Source of the DNA: Rhizaria sp. SCN 62-66
Taxonomy: Eukaryota
DNA length: 58,069 nucleotides
Assembly (NCBI GenBank): GCA_001724265.1
Contig: MEDY01000168.1
Location: forward strand, 1-58,069
Reading direction: 5' to 3'
Positions 48,061 through 58,069 of this stretch are shown one piece after another (the first letter of the stretch is position 1; every line of letters starts with the position of its first letter). The notes beneath the pieces were generated by a model that was given only the letters and a program-made list of their open reading frames with translations, searched no databases and was not told where the DNA came from. Position numbers and translations under genes: made by a program.

Positions 48061-50207
48061 TAGTCAGATTGTGTTCTCATATGCACTCGACATGTTCTCA
48101 CAACATGGCTTTCTTCAAGAGACCCCGTTTGTCCATGCATTCGTTGCATGTGTTGCCGATTGAGTCAAATTGACATACGCGTGTACGTTACATTAGTTTC
48201 AGTTCTTTACGTTAGTTACTCAAGTAGTTCCGAAATCGCCTTTACACCTCTAAACAAATAATCGATAATACATCGTTCAAGTAGGCGCGTATGCTTGTTC
48301 CCGTGAAAAATAATTGACAGTTTATTGCAAAGTAATCATGAGATTAAATTCAAAATGAAGCTAAATGTGGGTGTGCGCACTTCGTGGTGTGATAAGTACA
48401 TTGTCACTGCACGTACGTACACAAAAATTATGAAACTAGAGAAAGAAAAAAAAAGAGCAAAAACAAAAAGAGAGCATAACCGAGGCAAGATAGAAGCGAT
48501 ACAGAATGTAGGCCAAATAGAGACAAAGGGAAGCACGAGACACAGATGTTGTCAACAGAGAGAGTACGAATATGTGTACACCAATAGCTATACATGCATA
48601 TATGCGTGAGCAGAGAGAAATCTAAGGATATACTCGGAGAAATGTCGCATGTGTTATGAGTGCTTTGTGCGTATCAGTCGTGTTGCTGGAGAAGTTATCC
48701 GCAGTTACAGCAGTATTGATTGCCCCACATCCTCTCACTACTCATCCCGCAACGCAAGCTTTTGCTGTTCATCCGCAGATATGACAGATAGGTAGTACGC
48801 AGACACATGCCAAGAAGCTGAACAACAAAAGAGTGGCGCAAAGCTGTGGAGGCTGATCGTACGCGAGAAGAAGAGACTTAAAGAGGAACCAAACCAAATT
48901 GGGGTATTGAGTAAAACAAGAACAAGCAAGAGATACAAATTAACGTATTTCTTGCGCGCTGTTGCGTGTTGCGCATTTGCACAGAACACATGTAAGCGAT
49001 AAAAAAACACACTATCTCAAGAAATATATACGAATTGACGAGTTGATTGAGATAAATGTGCAGTGATTGTGAGCAACACAAGGATAATTATTACTAATAG
49101 CACGAGTGGGACGAGATGCGAGCAATTACAATGAAACGCAAGCAAACACAAAAGAAAGTGGTAAAGCCTTAAAACTATCAGGAGACATATGAAACCGACT
49201 GATGATTGATGACACAAAACAAACAAAACGATCGTTAAACTAGCTACTCCTATGTACACACTGAAGTATGCTGGAGTCAGCAGCGACAGTGACACACAAG
49301 CATGACCCGACCGCACGATTCCTACCATAGCACATAACAGTGTCAGCGCCTCTTAAATAAAAAACATGATGGTGGAACACAGACACCGCCAGAGATCGTA
49401 TTCGAAAAACAAAACAAAAGAAAACCACCTAACATATTCTGAAACACATCGACACAAAAACAAAAGAGAAACAATGAACATGTGCATGGGTGTGTGCGTG
49501 CCTCGAATGTAAGGGCAATGCGAAAGGGATTGTTTACTCACAGTCACAGTCATCGTCAGAGTTGCAGGCACAGTTGCAGTCACACTCAAAGCAAAAATGC
49601 ATTGAGAGGTCTGGTGACACCAGTTCGCAGAAGCTCATTGCTTGTTTGTTCTTATTGTTGTTTCCTATTAGAGGTCAGACCAGATTAAAATTCGTCACAC
49701 GACACAAACTTACACTTTCATTGACATTTCAGCACTCATACTCACACGTACACTGTGTAAGTAAGGTGCGATGGGCAGTGACGTAGCAAGAAATTGTGGG
49801 TGGGAATAGAAAGGACAATTGAGGATCAGAATGACGGGGAATAAGTTTGTGGATGATGGAGATTGATTCAAACTGTACACCCGAGTTCCAAAGAACAGAA
49901 AACAAAACAAGTCACTAGATACACATACAAATATGACAGAGTACCAAACTATTATAATGATGAACAACAAATATCATACAGAATAACATAACCATGGATG
50001 AAAACCTTTGTTCTAATATCGATGCAGAATAGGTAGCAAGATTTAAAGTATTGAAGATCGTGCAGAGAAAGAGCTCGGTTTGATTGCACCAAAAGCAGCA
50101 GCGGTGATCGCTATCGTACACAGTAGATAAGAGAGATCTTTCCAGAGAAGGGGTGAGTGAGCACGCATAGCCATTTTGCCGTGAATGTGAATTTCAGGGT
50201 AGTTGAC

Positions 50208-53200
50208 TTACATGATGGTGCACGCCTTGCACGCGTCGTCATCAGTGATATCAATGACATTGCCGTCGGCGTCGACCTAGGGGACGCCACGGAACGTCGA
50301 CGGCTCGTCCTCGTTCATCTCCTTGTCCAGACACTTGATCTCGTCGTCGTCATCGTCGTTGCCGTTGGTGCTTTTGTCGCTCTTGTCGTCGTCCGCAGTG
50401 TCGCCGTCACCGACGCTCGCGGTGGCGCTTGCAGCAGCAGTCGAGTTCTCGTCATCGCTGTTGTTGTCGTCCTTACCGCTCTCGCTCCTGTTGCCGGCCT
50501 TCTTCACGACGCTGTCGCCCTGGCTCGTGCTGTCGTCGGTGTCTGTGTCGGCGGCGGCCGTCGTACTCTCGGCGCCCTCAGTCGCAACGCTGTCGGCCTC
50601 GCTATCCTTCTTCTTTCTAGACTTGTCGTCCTCCTTTTTGTCTCTAGAGAGGATTCCGCCCAGAATGCCGCCGTTGGCCTCGGCCGCTGCAGCCGCGACC
50701 TCCGCTGGGTCGCTGTCGGTGCGCGCGAGGAGTCTCTTGCCCTCGCCTTCGCTCTCGCTCGCGTCACCATCGCTCCTCTTGGGCGTCACCTCGGACCTCT
50801 TGGGCTTCGAGTTGGCCTCGGGCACGGGCACGGACAGGGGGACAGGCTCGATGGACAAAGGCTCAGCATCAGCGGCAGCAGCGGCCGCAGTAGCGGCGGC
50901 GGCTGCCTCCGCTGCGGCCTTGAACGCTTGCTCCTCGGCAGCCTTTTCAGCAGTAACCTTCTCCGCAGCGGCCTTCCCGGCAGCCTCAGCGGCCTTGTCA
51001 GCGGCGGCCTTGTCAGCGGCGGCCTTGTCAGCGGCGGCCTTGTCAGCGGCGGCCTTGTCAGCGGCAGCCTTCTCTGCAGCGGCGGAGGCCTGAGCGGCAG
51101 CAGCCGCAGCTTCGGCCTCAGCATTTGCTTTCGCCTCCGCCGCAACCTTGGCCTCAAGCTCCGCTGCAGCAGCGGCAGCAGCCTCGGCCTCAGCCTTGGC
51201 CTTCGCCTCAGCAGCAGCCTCAGCAGCAGCGTCGGCATCAGCCTTCGCCTTGGCGTCGACCTCGGCATTGGCAGCAGCCGCCGCGGCCGCAGCGTCGGCC
51301 TCCGCCTTGGCGTCGGCGTCTGCCTTGGCCTTGGCTTCCTTGGCGGCCATAGCGGCGGTCGCCGTCGCAGCGTCGGCCTCCTTGGCCGCGCGCTCCTTCT
51401 GCTTCTCCTTGTCCGCGCTGCTGACGCTCTTGGCCTTGTCGTCCTTGCTCTCCTTAGCCTTGCCCTTGCCCTTCTCCTTGTCGTCAGCCTTGTCGCTCTT
51501 GGCCGCGACATTCTTGCCCTTGCTGCTCTTGCCCTTAGCGCTGCCCTTCTTGCCCGCGCCGTCGCCCGCGCCGTCGCCGTCGTCGCCGTCGTCGCCGTTA
51601 GCGGCACCGGCGGCAGCGTCGTCCTTGGCGGCCGCAGCGGCCACAGCGGCGGCGAGCGCCGCGGCTTCCTGCGCGTTGATCTCCGGCGGGGGCGCCGAGG
51701 GCGACACGGGCCCGCGCTCTGTCAAGGCGCTCGCGATGCGGAAGTCGTTGTCCTCCTCCTCTTCGGCGCCCTCGGCTCCGGGGTACTCGTCGTCGTCGTC
51801 GTCACTGAAGCCGGCCCCGGCGAGGATGCCGACGCGGCCCGCGGGCACGGCGCGCGCGGTCGCGGCGACGACGCTGGGTGCGTCGTGGAAGTCCTGCTCC
51901 GCCGCACCGTCGCCGCGAGACACGGAGAGCGTCGTGTCGTCGTTGTCGTCATCCAGCAGCGCGGCTGCCGCAGCCGCGGCGGGCGCCACGCGCGCGGTCG
52001 GCGCCAGCGGCTGGGGCGACTCCACGGGCGCGGGCTCGGCCGCAGCAGCAGCAGGGACAGCAGTTGCAGCAGTGGCAGGGGCCTTGCCCTTGCCCTTTGC
52101 GGGCTTCTTGCCGCCCTTAGCACCCTTCTTGGACGTCTCGGCAGCGGCGGCGGCAGCGGGCTCGGGCTCCGGCTCGGCGGCAGCAGCGGCGACGGCTGCG
52201 GCCTCAGCCACGTCATCCGGCACGGTCGAGGAGCCATTAATGGCAGTGCCCGTCTTGCCCGAGGCGGCGGCGCCCTTCTTGCCCTTAGCAGCGGCAGCAG
52301 CGCCCTTCTTGCCCTTCTTCGCGGGCGTCGCGGCCGGCTCGGGTGCGGCGGCTTCAGGGACCCGGGCCTCGTCGTTTTCGGCGGTGAGAACGTCCGCGGC
52401 GACGACAACGGCAGCGTCTGAGCCTGAGAATCTCTTGATGCTGTCGACCGGCTCCTCGCCAGTCTTGACCTCGGCCTCTGCCTCGGCCTCGGCGTCAGCG
52501 CTGGCGTTGGCGTTGGCCGCGTTAGCGGCGGCCATGACCGCGGCGACGGTGACACCCGCCGCGGCGACGGCGGCTGCGTCAGCAGCCTCGTCGCCGCCGC
52601 GCGAGTTGTTGTAGTGATCCCGCAGGGACTGGCCGGCGTCGTCGCCGTCGCCGCTGCCGCCGCCGCCGCCGCCGGGCTTGACGGGGGAGGAGTTGGGCGA
52701 GTTCTGCAGCGCGGCCGAGGCAGCAACCTCGGCCACGTCGGCAGACAGCGGGACTATAGCAGCCGGGGAGCCGCCGGAGGTCACGGCGGCGACCGGGACG
52801 GGGGCGGGCAGCACAACGTCGTCCACGGTGGACTCGGAGGCGGGCGCAGCGTCAGCGTCGGGCATGGACGCCGCCGCAGCAACGGCCACGTGCTCCTCCT
52901 GACGCTGCTGCCTGTCGTTGTCTCTCGCATCGGCCTTGGGCTCGGCGTTGCCAGAGTTGCCGGACAGCGAGGACGAGTACGACGACGCCTTGTCCTGGCT
53001 GCTGTGTGGCGCGAAGCTGCCGCCGCCGAGCCGGAGCCGGGGCTCGCCGGAGCGCGGGCTGTAGGCGTCGTCGTCAGCCTCGCTAATCGAGAAGTCTGTC
53101 TCGTCGCCCGCGCTGAGCCCGTCGTCGCCGCTCGCGCGGCCGGTGAGCCGACGCAGGCGGCGGCGGCTCGCGCTACTGCGGTGCGCGTCGGGCGTCCCCA

Positions 53201-55553
53201 CGCCGTCATCGTCGTCATCGTCGTCGTCGTCGTACTCGCCGTAGTCGCGGTCTCTGTCGTCACCGTCGGTGAGGTCCTTGCCTTCGTCCTCGCCGTCCCC
53301 AGCGCCCCGCGCGGCCCGGGCGGCGGCGCGCGCGGCCTTGGCTGCGGCGCGCTCCGCCGAGCGCTCGGCGGCGCGGGGCGAGGCTGCCGACACGGGCGCA
53401 ATGTGCTGCTCGAGCGGCGCGTAGTACTCGTGCAGCAGCGCGAACTTCTGGCCCGCAATACGCAGCAACGTGCCGTCGTCGGCGTAGCGGTGCACGACCA
53501 CGGCCGTGGGCAGCCCCGCGGCGACGAGGTGCAGCGCGCGGCGGTACTCGATGTACGTCACGTAAGATGGCACCAGCGCGAAGGCGTCCTCGTCGGGCTC
53601 CGCGTCCGGCGCCGCGGGTACGCGGTTGTTGCTGGCGTCCAGCACCGTCGCCGAGGTGACCGAGACCTGGGTGTAGTCCTCGGCGCAGATGGCGTTGGAG
53701 CAGGCCGCGGCGAGCAGCGTGAGCGCGCGCGTGAGCGCGGGGCCCCCGCCCGGCAGGATGCACACCGTCTCGGCCGGGTGGTCGAGGTTGAACACAACGC
53801 AGTCGTGCGCGATGCCGTAGCGCGCCTGCGTGTAGACGTTGTAGAAAAAACCGTCGTGCGCCAGCGTCAGGTGGCTCGCGCGCAGAGTGCGGTACACCGC
53901 GCGGTCGTCGCACGTGACCGGGAACAGCGGCCCGCCCTGCGTCTGCCCCAGCGCGGGCAGCGCGGCCGCCAGATGCACCACGCCGACGCGGAAGTCGCAC
54001 AGGCGCAGTGCGGAGTCCTTGCTGATTTTCTTGGACTCCTTCTTGGCGAGCGCGGTGGCGTCGGCCTTGCTCATGCCGCTGCCCATGCGCGCGGGCCCCA
54101 TGTCCTGCGTGGAGTCGACGTACATGACGTTCTCGGAGGACAGCCACGCGTTGTAGGCCAGCTCCGCCGGCTGCGACGCCGCCTTGACGACGACCGCGAC
54201 AGAGTCGGCGTCGGCGGCGCCGCTCTTGCCCTTACCGGACGTGGACCCGGCCGCGAGCGTGCCCTTGGCGACAAGCGCGCGTTCGGCGGCGAGCATGGCG
54301 CGCACGGCGTTCTTGCCCTTGCGCATCGCAGCCGCCTGCGCCTGCAGCCCGAGGACCCAGAGAGCAGAGATGCGGTGCGAGCCGGCCTCGAGCGTGAGGC
54401 AGCCGTCGTGCGGCACGCGCCCGCGGTCGGCGCGGGAGCCGAAGACGAGGGACAGACAGTTGCCGTCCGTCGCGTCGTCGGCCGCAAAAGACGCGAACAC
54501 AGGCTCGGTGCGCTTGCCGACTTCGAGGAACTTGACGGCGACGACGGAGAAGCACTCGATGCCGTCAGCCGTGGCCAGGAAGGCCGGGTCCGCGGGCGAC
54601 CAGCAGAGCCAACCGTACTTGTCGCCTGCGGTGAGCCCGGTGACGTTGGCGCCGTCGGACATGATCGAGTCGGCGTCGGGCCCCGCCAGCTCGACCTCTG
54701 CGTCTGCGCGGCGCGACTCGAGGAACAGCGCAGCGTTCGCGCGCGGGTCGATCGTGGACAGGAACAGGTAGCCGGGCGTGCGCGCGCACAGAACGGGCTC
54801 CAGCGACGACGGCAGCGCCGTATCGGGCTTGCCGGAGAGGCGCTCGCGCATGGTGAGCGCCTGGAGGTTGGCCTCGGAGGCGGCGGCGGCCACCTCGGTC
54901 TGGCCGGCCTCAGGCGCGTGCGGCGCGAGGTGCCGCGGCGGCGGGTATCCGCGGGACTTGCTATAGATGTCGTAGCGGAACATGTAGCAGCCGCGCAGAA
55001 GCGCTGCGACCGCTTCGGCGGGGGATATTGCGCTATCATCGCCGGCGAAAAGGTGGTGGAGCTCCTTGACCGAGGCCGACTCTGGGATGCGGCTCGCGAA
55101 GGGCTCTTCGAGCAGGCGCTTGGAGGAGTGCTCGAACACGTTCATGGTGTAGATGCGGAGGTCAAAAAGCCAGCGCTGGATCGTGTCGGTCTTAGCGCGG
55201 ATGACGAGGCCTGGAGAGTCGGGGTCTGTGGTGTTAGTGACAAGCATTGCTGTCTCGCCGCGGCTCAGCGACGTGAGGCCCTCGGGGGCCGGGCGCTTCT
55301 TATTAGTGACCCAGCTCTTGGGATCGGCGTCGGTAACAATGCGGGCGTAGATAAGAGGCACGCTGAAGTCGGGAATGTCGAGTCCGATAGCCTCCTTGCT
55401 AGGAAACATTGCGAAACGAGACCGGATCGGATCATTGTGAACAACTTGGATGGCGAAGTAGCGTTCCTTGAACTTAGTGCCACCAAAAAAGCCCTTTGAC
55501 TTGGCCGGAATGGAGAGAACACCCTCCTTTACGGTCTCATAGCCAGATGCCAT
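50208..55553 (-). CDS. PH-domain protein with Ala/Lys/Glu-rich tail and C-terminal CaaX (CTIM), ~1781 aa; in-frame TAG at 50277-50279
   Basis: N-terminal PH (VKEGVLSIPAKSKGFFGGTKFKERYFAI...IQRWLFDL) and a second PLC-type PH-like block (LEVGKRTEPVF...CLSLVF...LTLEA...LWVLGLQ). The frame continues past TAG as VDADGNVIDITDDDACKACTIM-TAA. Confidence 0.85.
50987..51070 (-). repeat. Coding 15-bp tandem repeat (~5 copies) encoding AAADK
   Basis: (gcggccttgtcagcg)n on the + strand. Confidence 0.9.
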
Positions 55554-56749
55554 TGTCGGCGTCTGGAGAGACTCAAGTCCTGGGGCGGACGGGCGATGTT
55601 GCCAAAGGGGCGGAAGGATGACCTAGGGGAATAGCGATTCGTTAGACAAGCTGAATGGTGGCTCGGTTGTAATACCACCTTGAAATGCAAAAGATATAAC
55701 ATTATACATAAGCACTCAGACACAAAGAAACTCACATCACATCTCGCATCAAACGGTATTTTGATCATTTGTTTCTTCTTCGAAGCAAGACGGCCATACA
55801 GCTAGACGCCGCCATACCAACGGAGAACCGAGTGCGGCGAGGTGGGGTCCAACTCGTTGAGAACGATCTTCAAGTGCGGAGCCCTTAATTCCGACCTGTT
55901 CAGGATTGAAACAAATATCATATTAGTTTCATTTATTCACCAGTGAAACCACATTAAATCATTGTCATCAACATCAGTGTCATCATTCATCACATGACCC
56001 ACTTGCAGAAGTGTCAGGCCACACTTGCAAGCCAGTCAGCACATTACCTTAACAAAACGAACACAAGAATCACCAAAGTTTATTTCTGAGATTGAAATCC
56101 CAATTTAAAGAAGATTGACACGTCGTTGTGCAACCACCTGCTTGACCCGTGACAGTGATGGCACAACTTAAACAAAAAAAAAGTTACTCATCAAAGAAAC
56201 AAGTGCTATCGACACATATTTCAGTTTTTACGACTAGAAAAACGTGTTTTCAGCGATACAAGAGAAACCTGTTGTTGCACACATTGCGCAAAGGAAATGC
56301 ATATGTCAAGTTGCTGCACGCGAACTTGCAATCCTTTACGACAACATTCAGCAACAAACACCACGCTACAACAATTAACGTCTGCTTGTTGAAAGCGTTG
56401 TCCCATTAAATGTTATGCGTTAAAATACTACCATAATATTGAACAAACCTAGGCATTCCGTCGGGTGTGTCAAGTGAGAAGACTGACGCTGCAGTCAAAA
56501 CTCAAACTGAAGGTGTGATTGCTCAGCGCAGAGACTAATGACAATATGTGTGCAGATAACTTACTGTGTTGCCATGCACATAAAGGGACAAACAACATGA
56601 GTTTAAGAGAAACAATACAATAATATGAGATATGAACCGTTTCTAATGTGCATGGAGACCAACAACGCGCAGCGGGGCGCAAACAAATGAAGTCGAGAAG
56701 ACAGAGGGACAACTGAACAGACGAAACAAAATGGGCAGACAGAACACAT

Positions 56750-56784
56750 AAGAACAAGAACAAGAACAAGAACAAGAACAAGAA
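56750..56784. repeat. (AAGAAC)n microsatellite
   Basis: About 5-6 copies, downstream of the last gene's stop. Confidence 0.85.
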
Positions 56785-56865
56785 AAGATTCAGAATAAAA
56801 TAAAATAAGCACTTTGTAAAGGCGGTAATCATGACGTTTTCGACCGGACCAGATTGACAGTGACG

Positions 56866-58069
56866 TTACTGCTCGTCAGGGGAATGATACTCGGGCCTGA
56901 TGTGGCTCGGCAGCGGCATCGGGGTCCGCAGCGACGTCTGTGCACTCGCAGTGGAACCCGCCGCGCTCTCTCTGTAGTTGCCGGTAGACAGGGACGCAGA
57001 GGCCTCGCGCTGCTGGTACGCCAGTGCGGAGCGCGTCCCCATCACGGGCACGCCGCCACTGGGCGCGGGCACGGCCGGGACGGCCGGCACCTGGCCCAGC
57101 GCCTGAGTCTCGATCTGTCCGCGCTGCGCGGTGTGCAGCGCGGACAGCGGCGGCGGCGGGACCACGAGGCGCGCCGGCTGCGCAGTGCTACCGGCAGAGG
57201 CGTTGTGCGTCAACGACGGCGGCGGCGGGGGCGGAGGCACAGCAGCCACAGCGGCTGGGAGAGCTGCAACCGCGGTGGCAACAGCGACAGAGGCAGGAGA
57301 TACAGGAGCAATCTCGGGATCATGAGTCTCATTCCAGTCATCGTTGGTTTCGTTGTAGTCGTGGTAATCGTCGTTGCCAGCGTACGGCACAGCGGGCAGT
57401 GCTGAGCCAGTGAAACGCGGCGGCACAGTTACCACAGGAGAAGACGGCGCAGAGTGTACGCGCGCGTACTTGGCAGCACCACCAAGAGGTGTCATTTCAA
57501 CCGCATTCGGCACCGCCCCGTTGCGATTTCCGCTGTTACCGTTGAAGCTTGAGCTCGAGTTCTGCAGCGCGGCGTAGTTGTCGTCGTAGTCACCATGGGC
57601 AGCAACAAATCCCGTGCTGACGACAGCGATAGCAGGATCAGCGTCGCGCTCCGGTGCGACGTCCAGCGCGAGGTCATTAGCGACGTGCTTGTGGCCCCTG
57701 CCTGCGCCGGAGCTTGCGAACATCTCGATCGCGTTGTACACAGTCAAGTTGTCGTCCGGAGTCGACTTGGAGGCCGGGCCCTTCGGCTTGCCGTTGCAGA
57801 AGCAGAACGAGATGATGAGGAGCACAAACGCCTTGACGCAGATACTGACGGGCTTCATCGCGAAGATCTCGATGACGTTGGAGATCGCAGAAGCCTGAAG
57901 CCACTGCTTGGTGTTGTCGCTGTTGTTTCGGTCGAGCTGAATGCCATACACGATGATCAGCAGCGCAAGGACAATGACGTAGATCCAGAGCAGCACGAAG
58001 CCAAAGAGACGGAGACCGAGCGGGAAGGACCACGACTCGCGGAACCAGACCATGAACAAATCATAGTCA
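56866..58069 (-). CDS. 3' part of a membrane protein, polycystin-1/REJ-like transmembrane segment plus Pro/Ala-rich tail (runs off the window end)
   Basis: Frame is open to the window edge. LLIIVYGIQLD...KQWLQASAISNVIEIFAMKPVSICVKA resembles the YG......WL.S...S....F..QP.K pattern of PKD1-like proteins. Stop is TAA. Confidence 0.62.
   Translation of the reverse strand, partial: DYDLFMVWFRESWSFPLGLRLFGFVLLWIYVIVLALLIIVYGIQLDRNNSDNTKQWLQASAISNVIEIFAMKPVSICVKAFVLLIISFCFCNGKPKGPASKSTPDDNLTVYNAIEMFASSGAGRGHKHVANDLALDVAPERDADPAIAVVSTGFVAAHGDYDDNYAALQNSSSSFNGNSGNRNGAVPNAVEMTPLGGAAKYARVHSAPSSPVVTVPPRFTGSALPAVPYAGNDDYHDYNETNDDWNETHDPEIAPVSPASVAVATAVAALPAAVAAVPPPPPPPSLTHNASAGSTAQPARLVVPPPPLSALHTAQRGQIETQALGQVPAVPAVPAPSGGVPVMGTRSALAYQQREASASLSTGNYRESAAGSTASAQTSLRTPMPLPSHIRPEYHSPDEQ

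Noticed and set aside
48061-50207. Hydrophobic short ORFs on the minus strand
   Set aside because: Products of T-rich 3' UTR-like sequence; no coding-style codon bias.
50157-55499. Long + strand ORFs (754 aa, 961 aa, 488 aa) and many similar antisense/alternate-frame ORFs over the kinesin, homeobox and LRR genes
   Set aside because: Shadow ORFs caused by high GC3 and low-complexity codons on the coding strand; no recognisable motifs.
1-58069. CRISPR arrays, transposons, rRNA or tRNA genes (including a CUA-anticodon tRNA)
   Set aside because: None recognised by eye; the repeats present are microsatellites or coding low-complexity tracts. A covariance-model scan would be needed to exclude small RNAs.

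Overview
Gene-dense eukaryotic nuclear DNA, probably a protist: GC-rich exons full of Ala/Gln/Asn/Ser low-complexity tracts, and AT-rich GT-AG introns of 116-202 nt. Twelve protein-coding genes can be modelled: a divergent ubiquitin (partial), a ~3350-aa kinesin-4-type motor, ARL8, a possible XRCC4-like coiled-coil protein, TAF12, a ~2240-aa split-PH protein, a TALE homeobox factor, a ~3600-aa LRR/NDK-like protein, a SAM + Zn-finger + CaaX protein, SEN15, a PH-domain CaaX protein and a partial polycystin-like membrane protein. Main finding: the window appears to use a non-standard nuclear genetic code in which UAG is a sense codon while UAA and UGA remain stops. Six in-frame TAGs interrupt three otherwise intact genes: one in the conserved ARL8 N-terminus, one 22 codons before a CaaX box + TAA, and four in one long frame. 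All 11 modelled gene ends are TAA (9) or TGA (2). Gln is my best guess for UAG; Glu and Leu are not excluded. All domain calls come from motif recognition by eye, not database searches.
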